A stretch of 64,000 nucleotides of DNA from an uncultured Aeromonadales bacterium (GCA_902761645.1 CACWLF010000002.1:9535-73534); one strand, 5' to 3'. Counted from the stretch's first letter, positions 9,657 to 19,794 are shown. The notes: generated from the letters alone by a model not told the origin. Numbers and translations: made by a program.

Positions 9657-12101
9657 TTACTCGGCTTCATTTGCCTCGGCATTGGTGCCGGCAGTATTGC
9701 CACTTGCTGCGCGGGAATGTATATTGTAAGGCAGGTTCAATACATAAAGAGTCTCTTCTGTGATATCAACAATGTCACATATTCCTATAATGCTCCAAAT
9801 GGTATCTTCAAATTGTTTTGCCTTGTGAATTGCATATTTTGAAATATAGTTCAATTCCTTTGCAATATAATCAATGTCAGGCTTTCCTGTTCTTGTTATG
9901 AATAGTTTCAGAACGTATAAATGATTACGTTTAAGAGCTTTTGCACAAAACAATCTTTTGTCATCATAATCAGCAAAATCTTCATCCAGCATGGTATCGT
10001 AGATCATATTGTTGTTCTGATCGTAACCTCTGCTTATATATACTACAGTTTCATTTGGTGAGTAATACCGCTGCATTTTTCTCAACGGATCCAGTAATAT
10101 CCGATGGAGCAGTTTATCGTGAAAAACCGGGTAAACGTTAAATTTTTCGCTGTCATCGGTTATTAGCTCTGTAAACAGTTTATATACGCTGCGATCCTGA
10201 CTTATTTTTCCAACAGCTCCCAATCTGTTAGGCTTTGTTTTATTCATGTACAACGGACACGTGAAAATGTGCTGTGTAAACAGATACCTCAAACTTTTTG
10301 AAAGATTGCTTAAATTCTGTAATTCCTTGGAAGTTGTTAATGAGTCATGGTTATTTTCAATTAACAAATCAAAAAATTTTCTGCCTACATGAGTTGTAGG
10401 ATCTCCTTCAATGGTTAAATGAATAATCGTTTGAGACTGATTCGTGTGGACAATACGATAAGGAAGATCTTTCAGTTTAAGTTCTTTAGTTAATGATTGC
10501 AATTTAGGTAACGTCAAGTAAACAATATCGTCCTTATAGCATGGTGCTGATTCGGCCAGTTCCAGCTGCAATCCCATGGTTGAAATATCCTTTGTCCAGC
10601 CTACAATCGATGAACCATTGGCAAGCTTAAGTGCAATTGCTGTTTTATGGATGTACCTTGGCTCCTTTCGCATCTTTATGTAGTGGAGCATTTCCACTTT
10701 GCACTGTTCCACGGCTAAATTATGAGCAAATATCTGCAACTCATTTGCATTGAACTGGTCAAGAGTATTTGTCTGATAGTCTTCTAAGCCCTGTTCATCG
10801 TTTTTTACCTCAATCAGCTGACCTACATAACCGATTTTTTTCAATTCGATTGTAACCCTTTCACGATCAACCTGCAGGGCTGTATCTTCAATATATTGAT
10901 TTACATTTTGGTCGTTAATTTCTGCTTTTTCTATGCTGAATTTATATACACGCCAACTAGGACGTTTGCATCCGACTGTAAAAAACAGTTTTTTTGTTTT
11001 AGTCTTTTCCAATTCCTCAAGTGTTGCTGAGAAAAAGAAAATATGACTGCGCACCATATGTCTGAAACAATAAATAAAGGTTTCGTAACTTCGTTCTTTT
11101 GCTTTCAATACAGCGCTCATTCGACGTGAGGTAAACAGGGATGCCAGTTTGTCCATGTTCCTTTCATCTCGCCAGTATTCCAGTATTCCCTGATTGTTTT
11201 CACTTTTTAAACAAAACAGCAGCTGAGGTTCTTCTGATTGATCAAAAAAAAGTGGAAGTGCGGTTGTTCTCGGCATATAAAACTGCTCATAACCCTTGGT
11301 TTCGACAGTTGTCAATAAGTTGTCCACGCTGACAGAATATTTCAGTTTGTTCTGCTGAATAAAATTATCAATAAGTTTTGTGAAATCCTGATCGTCATCT
11401 GCCTTAATAACAATCAGATAATTTTTATCATTTTTTGTCTCATTGTTTAAAATGGTATATGTTGCCTTCTCCAATTTATTTTGCGGATCAGCGATCTGTT
11501 TCTGTAAACCGTCAAAGGTTATTAAACAAGGATCTCCCTTTGTGTAATTGATTTCATTTTCGATAGCTAAACGAATTCCGCCGCAGGATAGATCGGAGGT
11601 TTTTACCTGGAAAGATTCTCCTGAGTTAAGATAAAGTGTGGCTGGAGAACTGTAATGCATTCTTTCTTCTCTGCGATAGAAGTAGGATGCAAATCTTACT
11701 GTATCGATTTCATATCGTGAAATCGCGCTTTCTATGGAAGTTTGTTCTGATTTCTCTTTTTGCGTTGTTTTTCTTAACTTGTGCTGGGAGACAACTTTTT
11801 CGTAAACGCCCATGGTATATTCGCCATGATATATTTTTAGTTCTTCCGCGAATACTTTTAAATCTTCCTGACCAAGGTAATGAGTTTTTCCTAATATTAT
11901 GTATTTCTGTGATTCTGGGTTGGTATTTCTAAAGTCTAAAACACGTTCACAGGATGCATAACGGCGGTTCAATTCCATTTTTATTAAAAAACGGGCATTA
12001 GCCGTTTCATTTGCGGTTAATTTTTGAAAAATTGCATCAAAATTAGGTTCCTTATAAATCGGAATCAATTGATCAATAATCGGATTTTCTGTTGCGTCCA
12101 T
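9657..12101 (-). CDS. large cytoplasmic protein with two canonical PilZ (c-di-GMP binding) motifs
   Basis: RREER (aa 143-147), 22 aa, DLSCGG (aa 170-175). RKEPR (aa 478-482), 22 aa, DISTMG (aa 505-510). No TM segment and no other recognisable domain. Confidence 0.7.
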   Translation of the reverse strand: MDATENPIIDQLIPIYKEPNFDAIFQKLTANETANARFLIKMELNRRYASCERVLDFRNTNPESQKYIILGKTHYLGQEDLKVFAEELKIYHGEYTMGVYEKVVSQHKLRKTTQKEKSEQTSIESAISRYEIDTVRFASYFYRREERMHYSSPATLYLNSGESFQVKTSDLSCGGIRLAIENEINYTKGDPCLITFDGLQKQIADPQNKLEKATYTILNNETKNDKNYLIVIKADDDQDFTKLIDNFIQQNKLKYSVSVDNLLTTVETKGYEQFYMPRTTALPLFFDQSEEPQLLFCLKSENNQGILEYWRDERNMDKLASLFTSRRMSAVLKAKERSYETFIYCFRHMVRSHIFFFSATLEELEKTKTKKLFFTVGCKRPSWRVYKFSIEKAEINDQNVNQYIEDTALQVDRERVTIELKKIGYVGQLIEVKNDEQGLEDYQTNTLDQFNANELQIFAHNLAVEQCKVEMLHYIKMRKEPRYIHKTAIALKLANGSSIVGWTKDISTMGLQLELAESAPCYKDDIVYLTLPKLQSLTKELKLKDLPYRIVHTNQSQTIIHLTIEGDPTTHVGRKFFDLLIENNHDSLTTSKELQNLSNLSKSLRYLFTQHIFTCPLYMNKTKPNRLGAVGKISQDRSVYKLFTELITDDSEKFNVYPVFHDKLLHRILLDPLRKMQRYYSPNETVVYISRGYDQNNNMIYDTMLDEDFADYDDKRLFCAKALKRNHLYVLKLFITRTGKPDIDYIAKELNYISKYAIHKAKQFEDTIWSIIGICDIVDITEETLYVLNLPYNIHSRAASGNTAGTNAEANEAE

Positions 12102-12372
12102 CTGTTTGTAAACTTAAAAATACTTTAATTATATATTTATTTCAATAAGCATTTATTATGCCATATTATTTATGCCGGACCGGAGTTATCTTCATTTCAT
12201 AAAACAAAAAAGAATTAAATACTTTTCTGTATAATATTTAAGTAGTCAAAATTCCTGAAAAACAGGAAACAAGCACAGCATAAAGCGATTTTAGCATATT
12301 TGTAATTTGCAAATTTCGATCTAGGTTTAAAAATCCGTTAATGATAACCGTTATGCGGAAATAATAATTTTA

Positions 12373-13089
12373 TTAAAAAGCAAGATACAGCTTTTTTGTT
12401 TTATTTTTGTATTCATCAGTATAACTGTTGTCTTTGGCGCGAATTGTTAATGATTCGGTAAGAGGTATTTCGGCATTCGGCTCTTTATTGTTTTGCCAAA
12501 ACAGTAATTCCAGATAGCAGTCTTTTTCCTCTTTCGGAAATACGTAAACATTTTTTACCAATTTGAAAGATGTCGAATCACTAGTATTTTTGATATGTTC
12601 AGCAGCCTGAAAAGGCAGACAAACAGCTAGTATTCCTGAATCTGAAAGAAGTTCCTTAGATCTGCTTATTAAATCTTCATGCGTTAGGTTTCCCGTGTAG
12701 CGGGCAACATTGCGTTTTTCAGATCTTGTAGGTGAGCCTGTTTCAAAATATGGAGGATTGCAAATTATCAAGTCAAATTTGCAGGAAGGATTGTATTTGT
12801 TGAAATCTTCATTAATGACGGTAATTTGATGTTCCTTATGATTGATTGCTACGTTGCTGCACGCTTGTTCATAGGCCTGATGATCTATTTCAATTGCTAC
12901 TATGGGGGATGATGTTTCGAAAGAAAGCTGAATTGCAAGCAATCCGGTTCCAGTGCCGACATCTAATATATTTCGGGCATTTCCAGGATTGGTATAGCAA
13001 CCTAAGAGGACACTGTCGGTATTAACTTTCATGCCGCAGTTATCCTGATAGATAATGAACTCTTTGAACCTGAAATAATTGTTGCTCAT
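12373..13089 (-). CDS. yfiC: tRNA1(Val) (adenine37-N6)-methyltransferase YfiC/TrmN6
   Basis: N-terminus FRFKEFIIYQDNCGMKVNTDSVLLG matches E. coli YfiC [25 protein letters not shown]. SAM motif DVGTGTGLL. NPPYF catalytic motif. Divergent from srmB as in E. coli. Confidence 0.88.
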   Translation of the reverse strand: MSNNYFRFKEFIIYQDNCGMKVNTDSVLLGCYTNPGNARNILDVGTGTGLLAIQLSFETSSPIVAIEIDHQAYEQACSNVAINHKEHQITVINEDFNKYNPSCKFDLIICNPPYFETGSPTRSEKRNVARYTGNLTHEDLISRSKELLSDSGILAVCLPFQAAEHIKNTSDSTSFKLVKNVYVFPKEEKDCYLELLFWQNNKEPNAEIPLTESLTIRAKDNSYTDEYKNKTKKLYLAF

Positions 13090-13230
13090 AATACTGTTTT
13101 CTCCTCATGCTGGTATTATGGTAACACAGGATATTAAAAGAAAATATCTTAATTTTGTTTTTGCTAATCTCTAGTAGATATGGCATTATGCTATAGCATT
13201 GATCCAGAATTATTTGAGCAGTTAATGTAT

Positions 13231-14484
13231 ATGAAATTTGAAGAATTTGATTTAAGCAATAATCTTTTAACCAATATCGAACAGATTGGTTTCAAAAAAG
13301 CAACAACCATACAGCAAAATGTTATTCCTGCAGCGTTAATGGGACATGACATAATGGCTTGCGCCGCTACCGGCACAGGAAAAACAGCCGCATTTATGAT
13401 CCCTGTTTTACAGTATCTTATAGATTTCCCTCATAGACGCAATGTAAAGGGAGCTAGAGTCCTGATTTTGGCTCCTACACGCGAGTTAGCTGTTCAAATA
13501 GGTGAACATGCAAAGACTTTAGCCAAGAACACCGGGATTAGAATTGCCTATATTATAGGCGGAGTAGGATATGATGAGCAGGAGCAGGCATTTGAGGACA
13601 ATACGGATATCATAGTGGCCACACCCGGAAGACTGAATGAATATATTCGCAATAAATCATTTTTAGGCAGAACTATTAATATACTGGTTATAGATGAAGC
13701 GGATCGTATGCTGGATTTGGGATTTATTGATGAGGTTGAAGCGGTAGCTGATGCTACATATAAGAGATCTCAGACAATGCTTTTTTCTGCAACACTGGAA
13801 GGAAAAGGTGTTCAGTATTTTGAGAAAGTGTTAAATCACCCTGATAAGTTTTTTGTCGAATCACCTCGCTCTGAAAAGAAAAAAATTCACCAATACATGT
13901 ACTATGCTGATAATGTGGAGCATAAAAATAAACTGCTGGCACATTTGTTAAAACAGGATGGCGTCATGCGCACAATTATTTTTGTGAAGAAAAAGGAAAA
14001 GGTTGTTGAACTGAAACAATTTTTAGACAGTGAACATATTGATAGTGTTTATCTTCAAGGTAATCTTGCTCAGGAAAAACGGCTAGAGGCGATAGAAAAA
14101 TTTCAGCTTGGGAGAATCAATGTCCTGATAGCCACGGATGTTGCATCCAGAGGGTTGGATTTATTAGATATCAGCCATGTTGTAAATTATGATTTGCCGT
14201 ACTCGGCGGATATATATGTTCACAGAATAGGAAGGACAGCGAGAGCCGGTAAAAAGGGAACAGTTATCAATCTGGTTGAAGCTCATGACTATCCTCTGCT
14301 TTCTAAATTTGAACATTATACAGGTGAAAAGATTTCCAGAAGAGTTATGGAAGGATTAGAGCCGAAAACCAAAATGCCTACAGTCGTTAAGAAGAAAAAA
14401 ACTAAAGATATAAAAGAACCTAAAAATACAAAACATAAAAAAGTTAGAACATATCGAAATACGTACAAACGGAATAAAGAATAG
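13231..14484 (+). CDS. srmB: ATP-dependent DEAD-box RNA helicase SrmB
   Basis: Q motif, AATGTGKTAAF, PTRELA, DEAD, SAT and HRIGRTARAG motifs. Lys-rich C-terminal tail. yfiC-srmB synteny. ATG 13231 fits the E. coli N-terminus better than the ORF-track start 13180. Confidence 0.9.
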   Translation: MKFEEFDLSNNLLTNIEQIGFKKATTIQQNVIPAALMGHDIMACAATGTGKTAAFMIPVLQYLIDFPHRRNVKGARVLILAPTRELAVQIGEHAKTLAKNTGIRIAYIIGGVGYDEQEQAFEDNTDIIVATPGRLNEYIRNKSFLGRTINILVIDEADRMLDLGFIDEVEAVADATYKRSQTMLFSATLEGKGVQYFEKVLNHPDKFFVESPRSEKKKIHQYMYYADNVEHKNKLLAHLLKQDGVMRTIIFVKKKEKVVELKQFLDSEHIDSVYLQGNLAQEKRLEAIEKFQLGRINVLIATDVASRGLDLLDISHVVNYDLPYSADIYVHRIGRTARAGKKGTVINLVEAHDYPLLSKFEHYTGEKISRRVMEGLEPKTKMPTVVKKKKTKDIKEPKNTKHKKVRTYRNTYKRNKE

Positions 14485-14505
14485 TTGTTTGTTAGCATGT
14501 TCAGT

Positions 14506-14546
14506 AATAAAAAGCGTGGTTTCCAGAAATTGGTCACCACGCTTTT
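14506..14546. terminator. bidirectional hairpin between convergent srmB and the 108-aa ORF
   Basis: AAAGCGTGGT (14511-14520) / ACCACGCTTT (14536-14545), flanked by an A-run upstream and a T-run downstream. Confidence 0.7.
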
Positions 14547-14578
14547 AGGTATTTTAAATTCAATGACTACAAAATGAA

Positions 14579-14905
14579 TTATAAGTCCTGAGCTGCACTG
14601 TTGTATTGAACCAGGAATGAATTGATTCGATCCATTTGTTCCTGTGAATCTGCCTTTGAACATTCCCATGTATACGGATCTTTCAATTGAACCGGTCTTA
14701 ACTTATCCTTGCAGAAATTTTCAAAATTTTCGTGAGAAGGTAAGAAATTCTTCCAGTTTTCCAGAGATTTGATTTCCCCGGTGTACCAGTTGATATAAGC
14801 TTCATGAGCCTGTAATGAATTTTTCTGATCGCCAGCTTCGATAATAGCGTTTTTCTGTTCAAAAGCCTTTAAGGTTGTACCATTAACAACAAATATAACT
14901 CTCAT
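14579..14905 (-). CDS. hypothetical protein, 108 aa, no family recognised
   Basis: ORF with ATG at 14905 (track uses TTG 14917). Codon usage looks like its neighbours. Lies between the hemW stop and the srmB terminator. Weak SD. Confidence 0.45.
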   Translation of the reverse strand: MRVIFVVNGTTLKAFEQKNAIIEAGDQKNSLQAHEAYINWYTGEIKSLENWKNFLPSHENFENFCKDKLRPVQLKDPYTWECSKADSQEQMDRINSFLVQYNSAAQDL

Positions 14906-15072
14906 AATAATGTCCAATAAATAATCTAATAAAAAATTTGTTTGATTATATTATATAAGCTGAAACCTATCAATAAAATTTGTGATGTTTGTCAAAAATA
15001 GTCATTAGGTATGTATAAATATTATGAATAAACACTTGGATTATAGTTTCATTTTTATGTTCATTACTTTGT

Positions 15073-16212
15073 TTAGACGAGAAACAGCTCCAGGAAACTG
15101 TTTAAATATCTTTTTCCAAATTCAGTGATGGTAACAAATGTATCATCATATTTTATTAGGTCTAATTCCTGTGCTTTTTTCAATTGAGATTGAATAAAGG
15201 CTCTCTTTAGAAAAGTTAACGATTCAAATTCCTCCAGGGAAATATTCTGTTTTAGGAGTCTCGCTTTGTTAAGGAAAAATTCAAAGGGTCGTGACTCCGG
15301 ATTTACATCTCTAAGATTTTTCAAAAAATTTCGGTTTTGCATGAATTTATAAGGTTCTTCATCCTGCGCAATGCGAAAAATCTTTTTGTTGTCCCAGTCA
15401 GTTATTTTACTGTGGGCTCCTGCGCCGATTCCTAAATAGTCATCATAATTCCAGTAAGAAATGTTGTGTCTGCAAAAATATGATTCCCGGGAAAAACCTG
15501 AAATTTCATAATGCACAAAATTATGATCTGCAAGGAGCTGTTTGCCCTTAAGATCTATTTCCTCCAATATATCCTCGTTCGGAATATTTAGATTTGAACT
15601 TAAGTAAAATTCAGTGCCTTCCTCCATGGTTAACTGGTACCAGGATATGTGCTGTACCGACAGATTTATGGCAGTGGAAAGATCGTGGATTGCGGCATCA
15701 ACTGTCTGATACGGCAGATCATGCATTATATCTACGTTAATATTTTCAAAACCCAAATCCTGTGCCTGTTTAATGATACTAACAGCCTGCTCAGCGTTAT
15801 GAATCCTTTTTAATGCTTTTAAACTTCGATCTGTGAAACTCTGGACTCCGAAACTAATGCGGTTAATGACGTTTTTTAAATTTTTCAGTTTTTGCTGATC
15901 TACGGTTCCTGGATTCATTTCCATTGAAATTTCCATGGATTGCTCATGAGGAACTCTGACTGCAATAAAATCGATTAAGGATTTAATGCTGTCGCTGCTT
16001 ATGAGAGACGGTGTACCACCGCCTATGTATATTGTTGATAAATATATGTTTTGAAAATTTTCAATAAACTGTTCGAAATTATGTTTAAGAGTCTCTATAT
16101 ATAAATTTTCATCTTTGGGGCAACTGCCAATGGCATAAGAATTAAAATCGCAGTAAGGACATTTTCTTATGCACCAGGGGAAATGAATGTATAAAGCTTT
16201 AATTTTCTTCAT
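15073..16212 (-). CDS. hemW: radical SAM heme chaperone HemW (YggW)
   Basis: LYIHFPWCIRKCPYCDFNS CxxxCxxC motif at the N-terminus. Size and position after rdgB as in E. coli yggV-yggW. Confidence 0.9.
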   Translation of the reverse strand: MKKIKALYIHFPWCIRKCPYCDFNSYAIGSCPKDENLYIETLKHNFEQFIENFQNIYLSTIYIGGGTPSLISSDSIKSLIDFIAVRVPHEQSMEISMEMNPGTVDQQKLKNLKNVINRISFGVQSFTDRSLKALKRIHNAEQAVSIIKQAQDLGFENINVDIMHDLPYQTVDAAIHDLSTAINLSVQHISWYQLTMEEGTEFYLSSNLNIPNEDILEEIDLKGKQLLADHNFVHYEISGFSRESYFCRHNISYWNYDDYLGIGAGAHSKITDWDNKKIFRIAQDEEPYKFMQNRNFLKNLRDVNPESRPFEFFLNKARLLKQNISLEEFESLTFLKRAFIQSQLKKAQELDLIKYDDTFVTITEFGKRYLNSFLELFLV

Positions 16213-16811
16213 TAACGGTATATTTCAGATAATTTATTCAATAATAATTTTAAAGCCTTTGCTCTGTGACTCATGGAATTTTTTTCTTCGAGAGAAATCT
16301 CTGCCGCTGTTTTCTGCAGTTCCGGTATAAAAAAAACAGGATCATAGCCAAATCCGTTCATTCCTCTTTTCTCTGTAATCAGTAATCCTTCCCAGCAGGC
16401 CTGACATATTATCGGGGTGGGATCTTTGGCATGTCTCATATAAACCATGATACACCAGTATCTTGCAGTTCTTGATTCAGGTTCAAAAGGTTTAATGCAG
16501 TTTATCAGTTTATCCAGATTTTTAACGTCATCGGAATTGGGACCGGAAAAACGGGATGAGTATACTCCGGGTTCTCCGTTTAGGACATCAACCTCTATTC
16601 CTGAGTCATCTGCAATTGCAGGTAAACCTGTCTGCAAAGATGCGTTTCTTGCTTTAATGATAGCGTTTTCGACAAAAGTTGTTCCGGTTTCTTCTGCGTC
16701 ACATACTCGATATTTACTTTGGGGAATTACTGTTATGCCCAAAGTTTTTAACATTGCATCAATTTCCTTTACCTTATTGGCATTACCTGTTGCCAGTACA
16801 ATTTCTCTCAT
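16212..16811 (-). CDS. rdgB: dITP/XTP pyrophosphatase RdgB
   Basis: LATGNANKVKE, DDSGIEVDVLNGEPGVYSSRF, GFGYDPVF and SHRAKAL motifs of the Maf/HAM1 family. Confidence 0.92.
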   Translation of the reverse strand: MREIVLATGNANKVKEIDAMLKTLGITVIPQSKYRVCDAEETGTTFVENAIIKARNASLQTGLPAIADDSGIEVDVLNGEPGVYSSRFSGPNSDDVKNLDKLINCIKPFEPESRTARYWCIMVYMRHAKDPTPIICQACWEGLLITEKRGMNGFGYDPVFFIPELQKTAAEISLEEKNSMSHRAKALKLLLNKLSEIYR

Positions 16812-18607
16812 TTTTTATACCTTTCCGTGTTCTGATTTTCTGCCATTGGCATGTAGTTATTTAAAGCTTCAATAAATTCCTTTGAATTATAAAAACCCGA
16901 AAGTATTATTGCCTGTTCATGATGATTGAACAGTGCAACACTTGGTAATCCTACTAATTTAAAGTGATTTGAAATGGATGAATTTAAATCATTCTGCTCA
17001 CTTAAATCTATTCTTATCAGTCTGATTTTCTGAATTCGTTTTATTACAGCTGAATCTGCGAATGTTTCCTGTTCATACTGTTTGCATGATGTGCACCATG
17101 TGGCATAAAAATCAACTATAACCTGGTCATTGTTTGATATTTCCCTGTTAAGTTCATCAAGGGATGCTATTGAAATGAATTCCGGAGTTTTGCTGGCAGA
17201 CTGATGGTTTACAAGTAAAAAAGCGGATAGAACACCGCACGATATCACTGCGGTAACAGTTATCAGTTTAAACTTCGGACAGTGACGGACGAGTACAAGA
17301 ATGATACTGCTGACAATTAATGCTGTTATGCAAATGGTTGAACACCAGTTCGGAATAATTCTGTCCAGCAGAATAACCGGAACTATGAGAGAGAATATTC
17401 CCAGCAGTTGCTTAATGGTCTTTAAGTATGTTCCCGATTTTGGCAGTATTCTTTTACCGAATGTTCCTATTATCAGCATCGGTATACCCATGCCGAAACC
17501 CATCAGGTATAAATTCATGCCGCCCGAAACAAGATTCCCGTGCTGTATTGTGTATAACAGGGATGCAGATACCGGTGCTGTTGTACAAGGAGAGCATACC
17601 AACGATGTTATTATACCTATTATAAAAGCTCCCAGTTTTGAATGAGATGTCTGGTTATCTGAAATTTTTTGCAGTCTGCTTGTTATGAATGCCGGTATCT
17701 GAAGATCGTATAAACCGAGCATTGACAGAGATAATGCTATAAAAATTAGGCTGAATATAATTATGATTGCCGGTTGCTGCAAAAACGCATGAGTCTGAGC
17801 GCCAAGGTAACTGCAGATAATACCGATTACAGTATAGGTTATTGCAATTCCCTGAACAAAACTGAAGGCAACAGGAAAATTATGTTTCCGATCATTTGTT
17901 GATAAGTGATATTTATTGTTGCCGAATAATATCAGACTTAAAATCGGATACATAGGGAAAACGCAAGGAGTGAATGCCAGAGAAAGACCGACGAAGAAAA
18001 AAACAATTGATGAAACCAAAGATGAACCGATGGAATAATTCTGCTGTTCGACAGTATGGTCTGATGTCAAATCCTTTAATTCGTGTTTTTGAACTTCGTT
18101 AACTTCCTGCTCTTTTTTTACTGTGGAATCTGAATTTTTTTCACTTTGTTTTGCATATTCTCCCAATTTAATATTGCTTTTTACAGGAGGGTAGCACATT
18201 CCCTGAGTACAGCCCTGGTAACTTATGGAAAGTTCACTGTCTGGTTTTAAGTTACTGTAGGAAATTTTAAAGTCAAGCTGATCAAAAAACACGTAACTGT
18301 CACCCATAAAATCATCATGGTGAAATATTCCTTCAGGAAGATCTTTTATTTCAAAGTTCCCCTCGTTTAAGGACACTTTTACAAGATGCCTGTACAGGTA
18401 ATATTCAGGAGCAATAGAAATTGATACGGTTGTCTGGTTTTCTGCGGAGGTGATTGTTGCAATGAAAGCCTCTTCAACCGGTAAATATTTTGGTTTTACT
18501 GTGGTATTGCCGTTTAATTCCTGAAGTAAATCGTAGGAAAATACCGGTAAATTTAAACATAATATTGTGAAGATTATTAAAAATAAATAACTGCAAATGT
18601 GTTTCAT
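16808..18607 (-). CDS. dsbD: thiol:disulfide interchange protein DsbD
   Basis: Signal peptide and N-terminal periplasmic domain. Polytopic core with CVFPMYP and CSPCT motifs. C-terminal thioredoxin domain with WCTSCK. Confidence 0.9.
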   Translation of the reverse strand: MKHICSYLFLIIFTILCLNLPVFSYDLLQELNGNTTVKPKYLPVEEAFIATITSAENQTTVSISIAPEYYLYRHLVKVSLNEGNFEIKDLPEGIFHHDDFMGDSYVFFDQLDFKISYSNLKPDSELSISYQGCTQGMCYPPVKSNIKLGEYAKQSEKNSDSTVKKEQEVNEVQKHELKDLTSDHTVEQQNYSIGSSLVSSIVFFFVGLSLAFTPCVFPMYPILSLILFGNNKYHLSTNDRKHNFPVAFSFVQGIAITYTVIGIICSYLGAQTHAFLQQPAIIIIFSLIFIALSLSMLGLYDLQIPAFITSRLQKISDNQTSHSKLGAFIIGIITSLVCSPCTTAPVSASLLYTIQHGNLVSGGMNLYLMGFGMGIPMLIIGTFGKRILPKSGTYLKTIKQLLGIFSLIVPVILLDRIIPNWCSTICITALIVSSIILVLVRHCPKFKLITVTAVISCGVLSAFLLVNHQSASKTPEFISIASLDELNREISNNDQVIVDFYATWCTSCKQYEQETFADSAVIKRIQKIRLIRIDLSEQNDLNSSISNHFKLVGLPSVALFNHHEQAIILSGFYNSKEFIEALNNYMPMAENQNTERYKK

Positions 18608-18783
18608 GTTTTTTTGGCTTTCTTTTAATGTTATATTGTCTGTATTATTATATCTTATTTGTATAAAAATGACTCGTTAATGTTTGGTTTATGCCGGATG
18701 AAAAATAGTAATAAATGAGTTGTGCGGGGTAACTTTCTAACATGTAAAACGTTAGAAAAGGGTGATTTTGTTAAGTTTAAGGA

Positions 18784-19665
18784 ATGAAAATGAAAAGAAT
18801 TGCTAAATTTATTTTTGCCGGTGTTATGTCTGCAATGGTAACCGGCTGTGCCGTCATGTCAGAGGAAGAATGCAGATCAACCAACTGGTATGAGCGAGGT
18901 TACGCTGATGGTACCAAAGGTGTTGGTTCACATATGTTAAGAGAATACATTGATGCATGTCATAAGGTTGTTGCCGTCGATCAGAACGGCTATATGCGCG
19001 GACGCAGAGAAGGAGCAGAAGTGTACTGTACAAATGAAAATGCATTTTCACTCGGCACACAGAATACTTCTGTTTCCGATATATGTTCAGTGTCTTCAAA
19101 TGCCAATAATTTTAATAAGTATTATAAACGAGGACATGCTGTGTACTCTGCAAGAGAATATCTGGCAAAAATTGATGAATATATTAATGTTTGTTCTGAG
19201 TATTCCGTTTCTATGGACAGCAGAAGGCTCAGGGAACAGTTGCGCGCAAATCAGAATTATTTATCAAACCTGAGATATGATGTTGAGAATTATGTAAATT
19301 ATGTAGAAGAACACGCATACAATGGCGGAATTACACTTCGTGACTATTCTTCTGAAATTAATCGTATGCCGTATCCTGATGCTATAAAAATCGCCAATAA
19401 TATAGCAGAAGGTGAAAGAAAGTATGAAGAATCAAGAAGAGAGGCTGAACGTTATATGGATGATGCAAGGCACTGTATGAAAGAAGCTAATCGTAAGGAC
19501 GATGGGGAAAAATACAACAGATGTCACGATAAATACAACTGCTGGAAAGATCGGGCTCACGAATTACACCGAGCCTATGAAGGTTTCCTGTATGAAGCTG
19601 AAAGAGGTTCTACAAGTTCATATTATCCTAGACATGTGAGAAGCTGCAGTACACATATCAGATAA
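18784..19665 (+). CDS. lipoprotein with N-terminal DUF2799-like Cys motifs and a long charged C-terminal extension
   Basis: Lipobox VTGC. CRSTNWYERGYADGTKG and YMRGRREGAEVYC repeats typical of DUF2799. The remaining ~180 aa are Y/R/E/N-rich. Confidence 0.6.
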   Translation: MKMKRIAKFIFAGVMSAMVTGCAVMSEEECRSTNWYERGYADGTKGVGSHMLREYIDACHKVVAVDQNGYMRGRREGAEVYCTNENAFSLGTQNTSVSDICSVSSNANNFNKYYKRGHAVYSAREYLAKIDEYINVCSEYSVSMDSRRLREQLRANQNYLSNLRYDVENYVNYVEEHAYNGGITLRDYSSEINRMPYPDAIKIANNIAEGERKYEESRREAERYMDDARHCMKEANRKDDGEKYNRCHDKYNCWKDRAHELHRAYEGFLYEAERGSTSSYYPRHVRSCSTHIR

Positions 19666-19720
19666 ACTGCAATAATCGTAATTATTTATAGAAAATATAT
19701 TAATTTTTTTTTAGCTTTGA

Positions 19721-19748
19721 CTTGAAATATTGATGTTAGACCATATAT
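19721..19748 (+). promoter_or_regulatory. candidate sigma32 heat-shock promoter of groESL
   Basis: CTTGAAA at 19721-19727 and CCATATAT at 19741-19748, compared with consensus CTTGAAA / CCCCATNT. The spacer is 1-2 nt shorter than in E. coli groE. Confidence 0.4.
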
Positions 19749-19794
19749 AAGTAAATGTTTAGGAAAACATGTGTTTATTTATGGAGAAATAAAA

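Noticed and set aside
14316-14669. 117-aa minus-strand ORF spanning the srmB 3' end and the terminator
   Set aside because: It overlaps the srmB coding sequence and the bidirectional terminator, and its translation is hydrophobic/Phe-rich junk. The neighbouring 14579-14905 frame is the better candidate.
16447-16875. 142-aa ORF antisense to rdgB/dsbD junction
   Set aside because: It overlaps two well-supported minus-strand genes and has no motif or SD.
19716-19749. Sigma70 promoter using TTGACT at 19717-19722 ahead of groES
   Set aside because: No acceptable -10 hexamer lies at 16-18 nt spacing (ACCATA at 17 nt). The overlapping sigma32-type reading fits better.
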